A DNA stretch of 48,287 bases from a virus (lineage: Duplodnaviria; Caudoviricetes), in the IMG/VR virus record IMGVR_UViG_3300049896_000006, positions 1-48,287 of that record; one strand, given 5' to 3'. Numbering within the stretch: position 1 is the stretch's first letter; each line of letters begins with the position of its first letter. Below the pieces are notes generated by a model. That model was not told where the DNA came from. It saw nothing but the letters and a program-made list of their open reading frames with translations, and did no database searches. Positions 16,707-25,208 of this stretch are shown here, one piece after another. Both the position numbers and the translations under genes were made by a program.

Positions 16707-18085
16707 CAGTGGTTCGCCTCCTCGGTGATCTCGTGAGGGGCGGGCTCGGGGGCCTGCTCGTCCTCGTAGGGCGCTGTGTCGTAGCCGTCGGGGGTCGGGG
16801 GCTCCTCGTCGTCCCAGGGCGCCTCGTCGGCCGCGTAGGCGGTCGGGGCGTCGACGCGGAGGGCGTCCGTCTGGAGGCTGGCGGCGAGAAGCTCGAACGC
16901 GGCGCGCGTCTGGGCGGCGCACTTCCAGCACTGGAGGGTTTCCGGCGGCGCGGTGTACCGGTCGGTGTAGCAACCGGTGCACGTCCACGTCGGCTCGGGC
17001 CCGCGCTGCTGCGGCATCGACGAGGGCGCCCGCTCGCCGCGGCGGTGGCTGTCCTTGCGGCCCTCACAGGCCCGGCAGGCGACACCGGTGTCCAGCATCA
17101 CGCCGTCCTCGCACCCGAGGTCCGGGCACTCACCGGCCCGCAACAGGGCGTGCACGACGCCCAGCGGCCTAGCCAGACCCTCGCCGTCCCGGAGCGCCTT
17201 GGCGTACCCGTGGCGCGCCCAGCGGCGGCCCATGCGGTCGGCAAGCTGATCGGGCGTCCGGCCGACGAGTTGCTTCACGATGGCCTGCTGAACAGAGGTC
17301 GGCAGGTGGCGGTCCATCAGGCGCTTGTCGCGCAGTTCCTCGACGAGTCCCTCAGGCAGGGCGTCTTCGATCATCGCCACGGCGGCGGCCTGCTCGCGGG
17401 TCAGCTTCACCTTCGACGGGCGGGTCTTTCCTGCCGCGGCGGAGCCGCCTCGCGCATCGCACGCGCTACTACCCGCAGAGGCCCTACGGGCGTCACCAGC
17501 GCTTCGCGCCGAAGGCGCCGTGTCGTTCTGGTTCAAAGAGGTGTGGTTAGTAGAGGTCTGGTTAGAGCCCTCTTTTTGGGGATATGGGTCCCCCGCTTTT
17601 TGGGGGGAGGGGTGTCCCTCTTTTTGGGGGGACCCCTCCTGACCTGCCGGACGAGTCTGCGCCGTGGCCATGGACCATTCGGCCCAACGGCCGTCGACGT
17701 CGTCTTCCCTGGTTCCGTAGAAGTCGCTCAGGGACGTCGGGCCGGTGTAGCCGATCGGCGGGTTGAAGCGCAGGACATACCGGTACGCGCGGCCCTTCGG
17801 CGTGGCGATCTCCTCGATACGCACTGCGCCGGCCTTCTCCAGTGCCCTGGTGTAGGGCGTCACCTTGTCACTGCGGCCCAGCTGGAGGGCGCGGGCGATC
17901 GACGCCTGTCCGGGGAAGGCGACGCGCCGACGACCGTCCTTCGGCGCATGCATCGCCAGGAAGGCGTACTCACGTACCGACTGAGCCTTCAGCTCCGGGT
18001 GCAGCGTGATCCAGTCCGGGACCTGAGCAAAGCCGGTCGGCCAGTCGTCGGCCACTCCGACCTCATCCGCCGCATAGTCAGCCAC
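16706..18085 (-). CDS. Replication initiator with N-terminal winged HTH
   Basis: FAQVPDWI...AFPGQASIARALQLG..RALEKAGAV; GAGGAGG RBS before GTG 18085; internal iterons. Confidence 0.75.
   Translation of the reverse strand: MADYAADEVGVADDWPTGFAQVPDWITLHPELKAQSVREYAFLAMHAPKDGRRRVAFPGQASIARALQLGRSDKVTPYTRALEKAGAVRIEEIATPKGRAYRYVLRFNPPIGYTGPTSLSDFYGTREDDVDGRWAEWSMATAQTRPAGQEGSPQKEGHPSPQKAGDPYPQKEGSNQTSTNHTSLNQNDTAPSARSAGDARRASAGSSACDARGGSAAAGKTRPSKVKLTREQAAAVAMIEDALPEGLVEELRDKRLMDRHLPTSVQQAIVKQLVGRTPDQLADRMGRRWARHGYAKALRDGEGLARPLGVVHALLRAGECPDLGCEDGVMLDTGVACRACEGRKDSHRRGERAPSSMPQQRGPEPTWTCTGCYTDRYTAPPETLQCWKCAAQTRAAFELLAASLQTDALRVDAPTAYAADEAPWDDEEPPTPDGYDTAPYEDEQAPEPAPHEITEEANH
17525..17629. repeat. 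Putative replication origin: three iterons at 24-bp period plus AT-richer TGGTT repeats
   Basis: CCC(T/G)CTTTTTGGGG at 17568, 17592, 17616; three TGGTT at 15-bp period immediately left. Confidence 0.75.
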
Positions 18086-18113
18086 CAGAGAACACCTCCT
18101 CTCAAGATCAACC

Positions 18114-18218
18114 TTTGTGGCCACAAAACTAGAACGTTCGTGGCCACAAAGCAAGCTGTCCGGCGTGTCGTTTGTGGCCCCAAAAGCAGGCACGTTCGGC
18201 TTGATCTCTGTGGCCACG
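18114..18218. promoter_or_regulatory. Four GTGGCCAC-type palindromic operators between rep and RHH gene
   Basis: TTTGTGGCCACAAA 18114, CGTGGCCACAAA 18139, TTTGTGGCCCCAAAA 18171, TGTGGCCACG 18209. Confidence 0.8.
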
Positions 18219-18797
18219 AGCCTTACCCTCGACGCCATGACGACGCAGGCCGAGACGGACGACTACGACACCCAGCGCAAGTTCCGCGCGCCCGATGACG
18301 AGTGGGAACCGTTCCTGGCCGCGACCCGCGCCCAGCACCCTGAGGGCCGTAGCCCGCGTGGCGCCGTCCTTCGCGAGTTCATCCGCTGGTACATGCGGCG
18401 CCCCGGCGCAAAGCTTCCGGCCCGCCCGCCGGCCGGCCCCTGGTCGACGCCCGAGGCGACCTGACACTCCGTTCGTCCGGGCCGAGGTCGCCGGTGCCCC
18501 GTCGCCCTCCTGCCGCGCCGGGTCGTCGGCCAGGGTGAGCAGGCCCAGGCACCGCGTGAGCGGTTCTTCCGGCTCGGGCCGGCAGGTCGCGGCGTGCGGG
18601 ACGTGGAGCCGTTCCCAGCCGCACAGCGGCAGCTCGGCCGTGGGCGTACGCGACAGCCAGGTACCGCGGCCGTCCCGCGACACGGCGCGCGTGCCGAGGC
18701 TGCTCGGCGAGGCATCGACGGCCTGCCTCTTACCGGCCTCGGTGATCGTCCACCGGATCGCGGCGCCGCATACCCGGCACAGCGCGGGCTTGTTCAT
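18129..18797 (-). CDS. Zn-binding phage protein; 3' part overlaps the antisense RHH gene
   Basis: CRVCGAAIRW...HVPHAATC; C-terminal read-through looks non-specific. Confidence 0.55.
   Translation of the reverse strand: MNKPALCRVCGAAIRWTITEAGKRQAVDASPSSLGTRAVSRDGRGTWLSRTPTAELPLCGWERLHVPHAATCRPEPEEPLTRCLGLLTLADDPARQEGDGAPATSARTNGVSGRLGRRPGAGRRAGRKLCAGAPHVPADELAKDGATRATALRVLGAGRGQERFPLVIGRAELALGVVVVRLGLRRHGVEGKARGHRDQAERACFWGHKRHAGQLALWPRTF
18237..18464 (+). CDS. Ribbon-helix-helix-like small regulator, probably leaderless
   Basis: RKFRAPDDEWEPF...AVLREFIRWY; TACCCT -10 7 nt before ATG. Confidence 0.7.
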   Translation: MTTQAETDDYDTQRKFRAPDDEWEPFLAATRAQHPEGRSPRGAVLREFIRWYMRRPGAKLPARPPAGPWSTPEAT

Positions 18798-19237
18798 CCG
18801 CCCCCGCCCCCCGGCTCCGTCACGTCCCGGCACAGGGCCGCGATATCGCTGAACAGCCGCGCGACAGCCCGCACCCGGGTGCACTCGTCGCCGGCCTTCA
18901 GCAACGCCACGTAGTGCGCTCTCGCCGTGTCCCTCTCGCCGTTGGCGTGCGCGACGAGGAACCGCACCGAGAACGCCGCCGCCGGGTCGTCCTGGCCCGG
19001 CCGTAGCTCCTGAATCCCCCAGCTCTCACCGTTCGCGAAGATCGGGGCCCGTCCGCCGGCCCGCTTCAACAGGGCCTTGCGGCCGCCCTCAGCGAAGCCG
19101 CAGCACAGGCCGTAGACCCGCTGTACGTCGCCGTCCTGGAGCAGCCGGTGCAGGATCGTCGCGGCCTCCGCCGACCGGTCGCCGACGGCCAGGGCGAGGG
19201 CCTTGAGTGCGAGTTCGGACGCCTCGCGGTCGCTCAT
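18794..19237 (-). CDS. Hypothetical helical protein, paralogue of 15265..15735
   Basis: AFSVRFLVAHANGERDTARAHYVAL. Confidence 0.65.
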   Translation of the reverse strand: MSDREASELALKALALAVGDRSAEAATILHRLLQDGDVQRVYGLCCGFAEGGRKALLKRAGGRAPIFANGESWGIQELRPGQDDPAAAFSVRFLVAHANGERDTARAHYVALLKAGDECTRVRAVARLFSDIAALCRDVTEPGGGGG

Positions 19238-19893
19238 CACAGGTCGGTCCCGGGGAGCAGCTCCAGCGCGCGCTCGTACTGGACGGCCAGGATGCTGTGT
19301 GCACGCTCCGGGTTGGTGTCCTGGTCGGCCTCGGCGCGCAGGATCTCCAGCCCGGACACCATGCCGTCGAGGGCCTCCGGGTACGTCGCCCGCCGGCCGC
19401 GCGTCCACCAGCTCACCTCGAACGGATTGCGGAAGCCGAACAGGTCCCGGCCCCGCTGCCGGTTCCACTCCTGTGTCGTGTAGACGGCGCAGACACCGGG
19501 GTTGCGCAGGCACATGTTCCCGTCCGGCTCTACGGCCGCCTCGGGGATGCCGGTCTTCCGGCGGCGCATGGTCGGGTTGGTCAGGAAGGGACACGCCTGG
19601 ACGGCGAATTCGGCGCATGTCCGGTGCGACGGCGGCTCAGGCGAGACGCGATTCACCAGGCACATCGGGCCGATCACGAAGGCGCCGTACGGGCCGAGGG
19701 GCAGGTCGCACAGGAAGCACAGCCGCATCTCGCTCGCCCGCCGGATGGCGTCGGTGCTGGCGATGCGGTGGTCCGGCTGTCCGTCGACGTCCGCCGCGAA
19801 AGCCGGAACGATCCGGCCGTGCCGGTCGCGGGGCCGCAGTGCGAGCCGCGCGGGCGGGATGGGCAGAACGGTGGGGAGGGTGGGGTCGGGCAT
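19237..19893 (-). CDS. Cys/His-rich phage protein
   Basis: LCFLCD...EPPSHRTCAEFAVQACPFL; start re-called at ATG 19893. Confidence 0.7.
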   Translation of the reverse strand: MPDPTLPTVLPIPPARLALRPRDRHGRIVPAFAADVDGQPDHRIASTDAIRRASEMRLCFLCDLPLGPYGAFVIGPMCLVNRVSPEPPSHRTCAEFAVQACPFLTNPTMRRRKTGIPEAAVEPDGNMCLRNPGVCAVYTTQEWNRQRGRDLFGFRNPFEVSWWTRGRRATYPEALDGMVSGLEILRAEADQDTNPERAHSILAVQYERALELLPGTDL

Positions 19894-19918
19894 GACGGTG
19901 TGGGCTCCCGAGTAGGGG

Positions 19919-20062
19919 TCAGCGGCGGGGGCGGAGCGGGTTGACGAGGAGGACCGCGGTGACGACCGCGCCGACCGTCCACCACTGCGGCGTCGGATCG
20001 ACCAGGTACGTCGCGGCGGCGCACAGGACACCGGCCCCGACCGACTCAAGGCGTTCGCGCAC
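19919..20062 (-). CDS. 47-aa membrane peptide (not in ORF track)
   Basis: MRERLESVGAGVLCAAATYLVDPTPQWWTVGAVVTAVLLVNPLRPRR read by hand. Confidence 0.5.
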   Translation of the reverse strand: MRERLESVGAGVLCAAATYLVDPTPQWWTVGAVVTAVLLVNPLRPRR

Positions 20063-20063
20063 G

Positions 20064-20435
20064 TCAGCAGCTGTCCGTGTCGAGGTCGATGACGACGTGG
20101 TTCGGGCCGTGTCCGTCGCCGCGGTGCGGGGTCGTCGAGGGCCTCGGGGCAGCCGACCGCGCCGGCGTCGGTGCAGCGCCCTTCGACAGCGACGTCCGCG
20201 GGCGACGGTGCTCGCCCTCAGCAGCAGGAGCAGCGGGCCGGGCGGCCGGGGCAGCGGGCCGGGCAGGCGCCGGCGGGGCGGGCCGGGCTGCCACAGCGAC
20301 GGGCATGATGCCCGTCGACGGTGCCCAGCCGCGGGCGCAGTCCTCGACGTCGCCCTCGTCGAGACAGGCGGCCAGCAGCACCACCGCGACGACGACGAGG
20401 GTCAGGCCGAAAGCCAGGTACTTGAGCAAGATCAT
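20064..20435 (-). CDS. Putative lipoprotein / secreted Pro-Ala-rich protein
   Basis: Signal-like hydrophobic stretch ending in LLAAC lipobox. Confidence 0.55.
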   Translation of the reverse strand: MILLKYLAFGLTLVVVAVVLLAACLDEGDVEDCARGWAPSTGIMPVAVAARPAPPAPARPAAPAARPAAPAAEGEHRRPRTSLSKGAAPTPARSAAPRPSTTPHRGDGHGPNHVVIDLDTDSC

Positions 20436-20520
20436 GAGGGGGCCTCTTCCGGGGCTGGAGGGGAGGGGCGTCCAGGCCGCCCCAGGGAAACGGGCGGCCT
20501 GGACGATCGGGGGGGGTGGA

Positions 20521-20718
20521 TCAGTCGGCCTTCGGCGGGCGTCGCCTGGCCCCACCGCGGGGCCGAAGCTGCGTCTCGACATCGAGGAGCAGGGCGTGGA
20601 CCGTGCCGTACGACAGCCGGTGACGGGCCGCCAGGTTCCGGATGGACGACCCGGCGTAGTAGTCGCGCTGCATGGCCAGGGCCAGGGGCCGCCGGCCCTC
20701 AGGCGGGATGCGAGTCAT
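20521..20718 (-). CDS. Small HTH protein
   Basis: YYAGSSIRNLAARHRLSYGTVHALL. Confidence 0.75.
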   Translation of the reverse strand: MTRIPPEGRRPLALAMQRDYYAGSSIRNLAARHRLSYGTVHALLLDVETQLRPRGGARRRPPKAD

Positions 20719-20948
20719 GTGGTGGGGAGCCTTTCGTTCTCGTAGGCGGCCGCGTAGTCCGCGACCTGGTCGGCGATGGCCGCCTCGGCGCAGACCTTGT
20801 GGGCGGGCTTGCCCTTGCTGTCGAGCAGGCGTGTCATCGCCTCGCAGTACCGGCACCTGCGGTCCACACCGCCCCAGTGCCAGGAACTGGACCAGTCGAG
20901 GAGACCGGCCGCGGGCGGCACCGGCTTCTGCGGCTCACGCCGCGGCAC
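20715..20948 (-). CDS. Small Zn-finger protein
   Basis: CRYC...HKVC. Confidence 0.6.
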   Translation of the reverse strand: MPRREPQKPVPPAAGLLDWSSSWHWGGVDRRCRYCEAMTRLLDSKGKPAHKVCAEAAIADQVADYAAAYENERLPTT

Positions 20949-21237
20949 GGGGACCCTCCCGGGTCCGTCTCTGCGCCATGGCCTCCCGCCGCTCGTCCGG
21001 GGTGAGGCCGCCCCAGATACCGTCTCGCTCGCCGTGGTCGAGGGCGTGCGACAGACAGTCGCCGACCACCGGGCACTGCCGGCAGACAGCCTTGGCTGCG
21101 GCGACGGTGAACAGATCGGCGCCGGTGTACCCCTGCGGATGGAACGTGTCGGCCGGCTCGTAGCCGCGACAAGCGGCGTCGTCCGCCCAGTACCGGGGGC
21201 GTTCCACGGTGTCCGGGGCGTGGTGGCTGTTGCGCAT
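20935..21237 (-). CDS. whiB: WhiB-family (Wbl) Fe-S transcription factor
   Basis: AAC...AKAVCRQCPVVGDC..AL...GIWGGLTPDERR; four Cys and the G(V/I)WGG turn. Confidence 0.92.
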   Translation of the reverse strand: MRNSHHAPDTVERPRYWADDAACRGYEPADTFHPQGYTGADLFTVAAAKAVCRQCPVVGDCLSHALDHGERDGIWGGLTPDERREAMAQRRTREGPRAAA

Positions 21238-21518
21238 CAGTGACCTCCATCCTGGCCGCGTCCGGACACGTCCGGACACGCGTCCGCGGACATGTCCGGA
21301 CGTGTGTCCGGGCAGGTCAGCGGCTTGAGCGGGCCGCGCTGCGAGCGGAGCGCGGACAGTGTCCGGACACGGGCCCGGACACTGTCCGGGAGTGTCCGGG
21401 TCAGGGCGACACCCGCCCCGATAGCGGCGAAGGGCGGCCCCCACCAATGCACCCGGTCAACCGCGGCCGAGACAGCCTCCGCGTACTCCAGCCACAGGAG
21501 CCCCAGGGTCAGCCACAT
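21237..21518 (-). CDS. Small membrane protein carrying repeat cluster C
   Basis: Hydrophobic N-terminal half; PDT repeats; coupled to whiB. Confidence 0.5.
   Translation of the reverse strand: MWLTLGLLWLEYAEAVSAAVDRVHWWGPPFAAIGAGVALTRTLPDSVRARVRTLSALRSQRGPLKPLTCPDTRPDMSADACPDVSGRGQDGGH
21258..21400. repeat. TGTCCGGACA-family cluster C
   Basis: GTCCGGACAC at 21260 and 21270, TGTCCGGAC 21293, TGTCCGGACA 21360, half-sites. Confidence 0.85.
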
Positions 21519-22150
21519 GCCGGCACCCCCTTCTCACGCCAGCGCCTCGCACTCTCCGGACAGCAGCCCAGACGCCGCGCGAGGTCCTCCGTCGTCATCT
21601 CCGGGTCAGCGAACGGGGCCGCGAACTTGCGCTCCTCCGGGCGCAGCGGCGGGTACGGCGCCCGCCCGCGAAGGGCGCGCCTGATCGCCACCAGGTCCAT
21701 CCCCCGGTACGTCCCGCCCACCGGCAGATCGGTCAGCGTCTCGATGACCCCGCGGGCCTCGTCCCGCATCACCCGGTCCCGCTGGTGTCTGCCCTCGACA
21801 CAGCGGAACACCTGGCAGCTACGGTTCAGGCGGCCGACCGGTTCCCGACCGAAGTGCAGCCGGAACGCAACCCGGTAGGCACTCTCGTTGCCGACCAGCG
21901 GAGTGCCGTCGGGACTCTTGTTGCCCTTCCACCGCCGGTGGCCGCCCGCAACCCGGACCGTCGACGCCTCGAACCGCGCCAGGTCCCACGCCGGCCGACA
22001 GCCGATCCAGTACTTCGGGATGCCGAGATCCTCACGGACAGCGGCGACACTGCGCACCGAAACCCTCAGCCGCCGGGCCACCTCACGGTTCGACAGCGGG
22101 CCCTCAGCCTTCAACAGCCGGGCGATCTTCTCCCACACCGCCTCTTTCAC
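21509..22150 (-). CDS. HTH + degenerate HNH-like domain + HTH protein
   Basis: SNREVARRLRVS; SAYRVAFRLHFG..C....CVEGRH; EDLARRLGCCPESARRW. Confidence 0.7.
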   Translation of the reverse strand: MKEAVWEKIARLLKAEGPLSNREVARRLRVSVRSVAAVREDLGIPKYWIGCRPAWDLARFEASTVRVAGGHRRWKGNKSPDGTPLVGNESAYRVAFRLHFGREPVGRLNRSCQVFRCVEGRHQRDRVMRDEARGVIETLTDLPVGGTYRGMDLVAIRRALRGRAPYPPLRPEERKFAAPFADPEMTTEDLARRLGCCPESARRWREKGVPACG

Positions 22151-22590
22151 TCCGCCTCCCGGGCACGCTCGCGCATGATCCGGTCCGACAGGTGCAGGCC
22201 CTCGACACAGGTGGCAAGGACGCACTCGACACGGACAGGGCCCTCAGGCTCCTCTCCGTACTCCAGCCGCCACGCCACCCGATACGCCGACTCTTCCCGG
22301 GAGAACATGGGGATGCCGTCCCGGCTGCGCCGACCCAGCCACTCCCGGTGACCCTCGGCCGTCACGATCGAGAGGGCTTCGAACTCATCCCGCTCCCGCT
22401 TCTGCAGCGGCCGTGCGAGCCGCACCGTGGGCTCGGGGATGGGGAAGGACGGCATCCTCAGGTCGCTGCGCACCCGCGCGACGAACCCGGGCGCACAGTC
22501 CAGCCGCGCGGCGACCTCGGTGTCACAGACGTGCTCGCGGGCCAGGATCCAGGCCACGCCCTCCCAGCTCGCCCGCCCCGGCGCCGTCAC
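22147..22590 (-). CDS. HTH + degenerate HNH-like domain protein
   Basis: DTEVAARLDC; SAYRVAWRLEYG..C....CVEGLHL. Confidence 0.7.
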   Translation of the reverse strand: MTAPGRASWEGVAWILAREHVCDTEVAARLDCAPGFVARVRSDLRMPSFPIPEPTVRLARPLQKRERDEFEALSIVTAEGHREWLGRRSRDGIPMFSREESAYRVAWRLEYGEEPEGPVRVECVLATCVEGLHLSDRIMRERAREAE

Positions 22591-23297
22591 AGCGCACCGC
22601 CCGCACCGAGCGACCGCCGGTCAGCCGGCCGCGCCGGGTTACGCACCTGCGTCAGCACGACATCGTCATCGAAGACGGCCGTGGTGTTCGCCTGCGCGTA
22701 CAGCGTCACCCCGGGCAGATCGCTCGGAGTCAGTCCGGTGTGCCTGTTCGCCAGACTGTCCATGGGCACCGTGACCAGCCGATCGACCCTGCGGCCGACG
22801 ACGACGACCCGCGCCGTCCTCGCCCGCACGTCGACGTCATGCACGATGACCGGCGTCGCCTGCCTCACCTCACGCCGGGCAGCGAGGTACAGCCGCCCGA
22901 ACTCCGTCACCCGCACCGGCCCGCTCGCATCGACGTAGCGGCGCGACTGGAGGATGCGCAGCCCCTCCGGGTCGCTCACCACGTCGCCCGCCGCAACGGC
23001 CGCCAGGAGCGCACCCAGCGGGTCAGGCAGCGGCCGTTCCGTCGCCGCGGTGACGGCCCTGATCCGTACCGCCCGCCAGGCCAGCGACCCGTGCGCGGTC
23101 TCCGACGAGCAGGGACAGTTCACGACCGTCGCCCGGTCCTCATCCGCCGCGCTCCCCGCGCACGCCGACACCGACGCCCTCCCCCGCTCACACAGGGCCG
23201 CCGTGCAGCAGCCGCAGTTCGCACAGGGCGAGCCCCCCGGCCGGACGTACATCGGGCCGAAGGGCTCGACCATGCCCACCTCGTCGTTGTCGTTCAT
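22587..23297 (-). CDS. Cys-rich hypothetical protein
   Basis: CANCGCCTAALC; start re-called at ATG 23297. Confidence 0.6.
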   Translation of the reverse strand: MNDNDEVGMVEPFGPMYVRPGGSPCANCGCCTAALCERGRASVSACAGSAADEDRATVVNCPCSSETAHGSLAWRAVRIRAVTAATERPLPDPLGALLAAVAAGDVVSDPEGLRILQSRRYVDASGPVRVTEFGRLYLAARREVRQATPVIVHDVDVRARTARVVVVGRRVDRLVTVPMDSLANRHTGLTPSDLPGVTLYAQANTTAVFDDDVVLTQVRNPARPADRRSLGAGGAL

Positions 23298-23439
23298 CAG
23301 CCACCTGCCGGACAGTCGTGAAGGAAGGAGATGCCGGCCGGGGCCGCCGCGCGCAGGCCTACGGCCTCGAGGACCTGGGGCGAACAGCCAGGCTGCCGCC
23401 CAGACCCGAAGGTCTGAGCGGCAGCGATAAGGCGGGGCG

Positions 23440-24195
23440 TCACCGGGGATCACCCGGGCGCGGGGCCGGGATGAACGGCCAGTCGTACAGGCCGGTGTCG
23501 ACGTCCCCACCGGTCCGCGCCAGGTGGGCGCGCAGGCTCGCCGTCTGCTCCCGCGCCCACACAGCCTGGTCCTCGTGCAGATCCCCCAGGCTGCGGTGGG
23601 CGAGCCACAGGTAGCGCCGGCCGATCGCATGCACAACCCCGCATGCCGTACGGGCGTCCGTCTCAGCCTGATGCGGTGTGCCCGTGACCTTCACGCACCA
23701 GTGCGTGGCGAGCGCCCCAAGGTTGCGCGGGCCCTTGCGGTACCGGTCGACCCGCTTGTCGAGGACCCGGGGATCGAGAACGACCGGCGTCGACCGCCCC
23801 CAGTCCGTCGACCGGCCCCACAGCGAGCGCACGCCGTACCGCTCGCACTCCCGCTCCAGGATCGTGAAGTCGAAACTCGCGCTCATCGCGACCAGGGGCA
23901 GCCCCTGAGCCGCATACCCGGCGAGGGCCGCGGTGATCGCCGTGACCACCTCGGCGGCCGGGCGGCCCGCAGAGCGGGCCACCTCGGTCGTGATGCCGTG
24001 GATGCCGGCGGCGTCGTCGGGGATGTCCATCCCGCCGACGTCCGACAGCCAGGTCAGGGGGACGGTCGGCATCCCGCCGCCCCACCGCACCACAGCACCC
24101 GTGACGATCCGGGCCGACGCGAGGTCGACCCCCGTCGTCTCCAGGTCGAAGCCGATCAGCGGCTTACGGGTCCAGTCCGGACGGGGCGCCATCAC
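23440..24195 (-). CDS. DEDDh 3'-5' exonuclease (DnaQ-like)
   Basis: FDLETTG, FDFTIL, HQAETDA. Confidence 0.9.
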   Translation of the reverse strand: MMAPRPDWTRKPLIGFDLETTGVDLASARIVTGAVVRWGGGMPTVPLTWLSDVGGMDIPDDAAGIHGITTEVARSAGRPAAEVVTAITAALAGYAAQGLPLVAMSASFDFTILERECERYGVRSLWGRSTDWGRSTPVVLDPRVLDKRVDRYRKGPRNLGALATHWCVKVTGTPHQAETDARTACGVVHAIGRRYLWLAHRSLGDLHEDQAVWAREQTASLRAHLARTGGDVDTGLYDWPFIPAPRPGDPR

Positions 24196-25208
24196 ACGCC
24201 CGCCTTCCGGCCGCCGCGGGCCTTCTTGACCCCGCCGCGCCCGCGCCGGTCAGCCCGGCGCCGCGCCGTCGCCCGCTTCCGCTCCAGGGCCGGGGAGGAT
24301 GCCGCCGGGGCCTGGCCGGCCTCGGCCGCCGCAGCCGCCGCGTCCGCCGCCGCCAGGAGCGCAGCAGACTCGCCGTACGACGCCTCGACAACCTGCACCC
24401 GACCCGCATCACCCGCGTCGTCCACCGCGGCCAGTTCCCGCACCTCAGCCGACATCGGGACCGTCCGGGGCAGACGACGCAGCGCCGTCTTCTCCCACAT
24501 CCGCAGGAAGTCCGTGTGCCAGAACGACGACCGGCTGCCGTCCGCCTCGGCCCGCTGGTAGGCGTCGCTGTACTCGTCGCGGATCGCCTCAGCGGCCGCA
24601 CGGGTCAGCACGATCACCTGCGACCGCCCGCCCCCCTTCATCCACGCGAAGGCGTAGACCATGACGACGTCGCCCCGCTCCGCCTCCGTGAGGCCGAGGG
24701 CGGGCTTGTGCACCACGTCGTGCGGGACGGGCGCGGTCGGCGTGATCTCGAAGAAGTCCGCCTCGTACACGGGCTGGACGTGGACCGACTCCACCCGCCC
24801 CGACCGGTGCATCAGCTCGATGTAGCCGCGGTACATCGGGACGAAGACGGCCGTCGTCCCCTCGGCCTTGATGACGGCCTGCTGTCCGTCCGGCACGAGG
24901 CCGAACTGCGCGCAGGCCAGGAGGGCCTGACGCACCGACGCCGGCGTGCAGCGCTGAAGTTGCGGGATAGCGGCGCGGACAGCGGCGAAGAACACCGCGC
25001 GGTCGACGCACGCCGGGAGGGCCTCGCCGAACTCCTCGGTGTACTTCGCCAGGAGGGCCAGGGCCTTACGGTCCCGCGCCGGGACGACCTCCTCGTGCCC
25101 CTGCACGGCGCCCAGCTCAGCAGGGGCGTCCGGCGCCTGGTCGTGCTGCTCGACATCGCTGGCCGCGAGCCGGGCCGCGCGCAGACGAGACTTCAGGTCG
25201 GTGCTCAT
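24192..25208 (-). CDS. recT: RecT-family single-strand annealing protein
   Basis: CTPASV..ALLACAQFGL.P, MYRGYIELMHRSG, MWEKTALRRL; next to YqaJ. Confidence 0.88.
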   Translation of the reverse strand: MSTDLKSRLRAARLAASDVEQHDQAPDAPAELGAVQGHEEVVPARDRKALALLAKYTEEFGEALPACVDRAVFFAAVRAAIPQLQRCTPASVRQALLACAQFGLVPDGQQAVIKAEGTTAVFVPMYRGYIELMHRSGRVESVHVQPVYEADFFEITPTAPVPHDVVHKPALGLTEAERGDVVMVYAFAWMKGGGRSQVIVLTRAAAEAIRDEYSDAYQRAEADGSRSSFWHTDFLRMWEKTALRRLPRTVPMSAEVRELAAVDDAGDAGRVQVVEASYGESAALLAAADAAAAAAEAGQAPAASSPALERKRATARRRADRRGRGGVKKARGGRKAGV

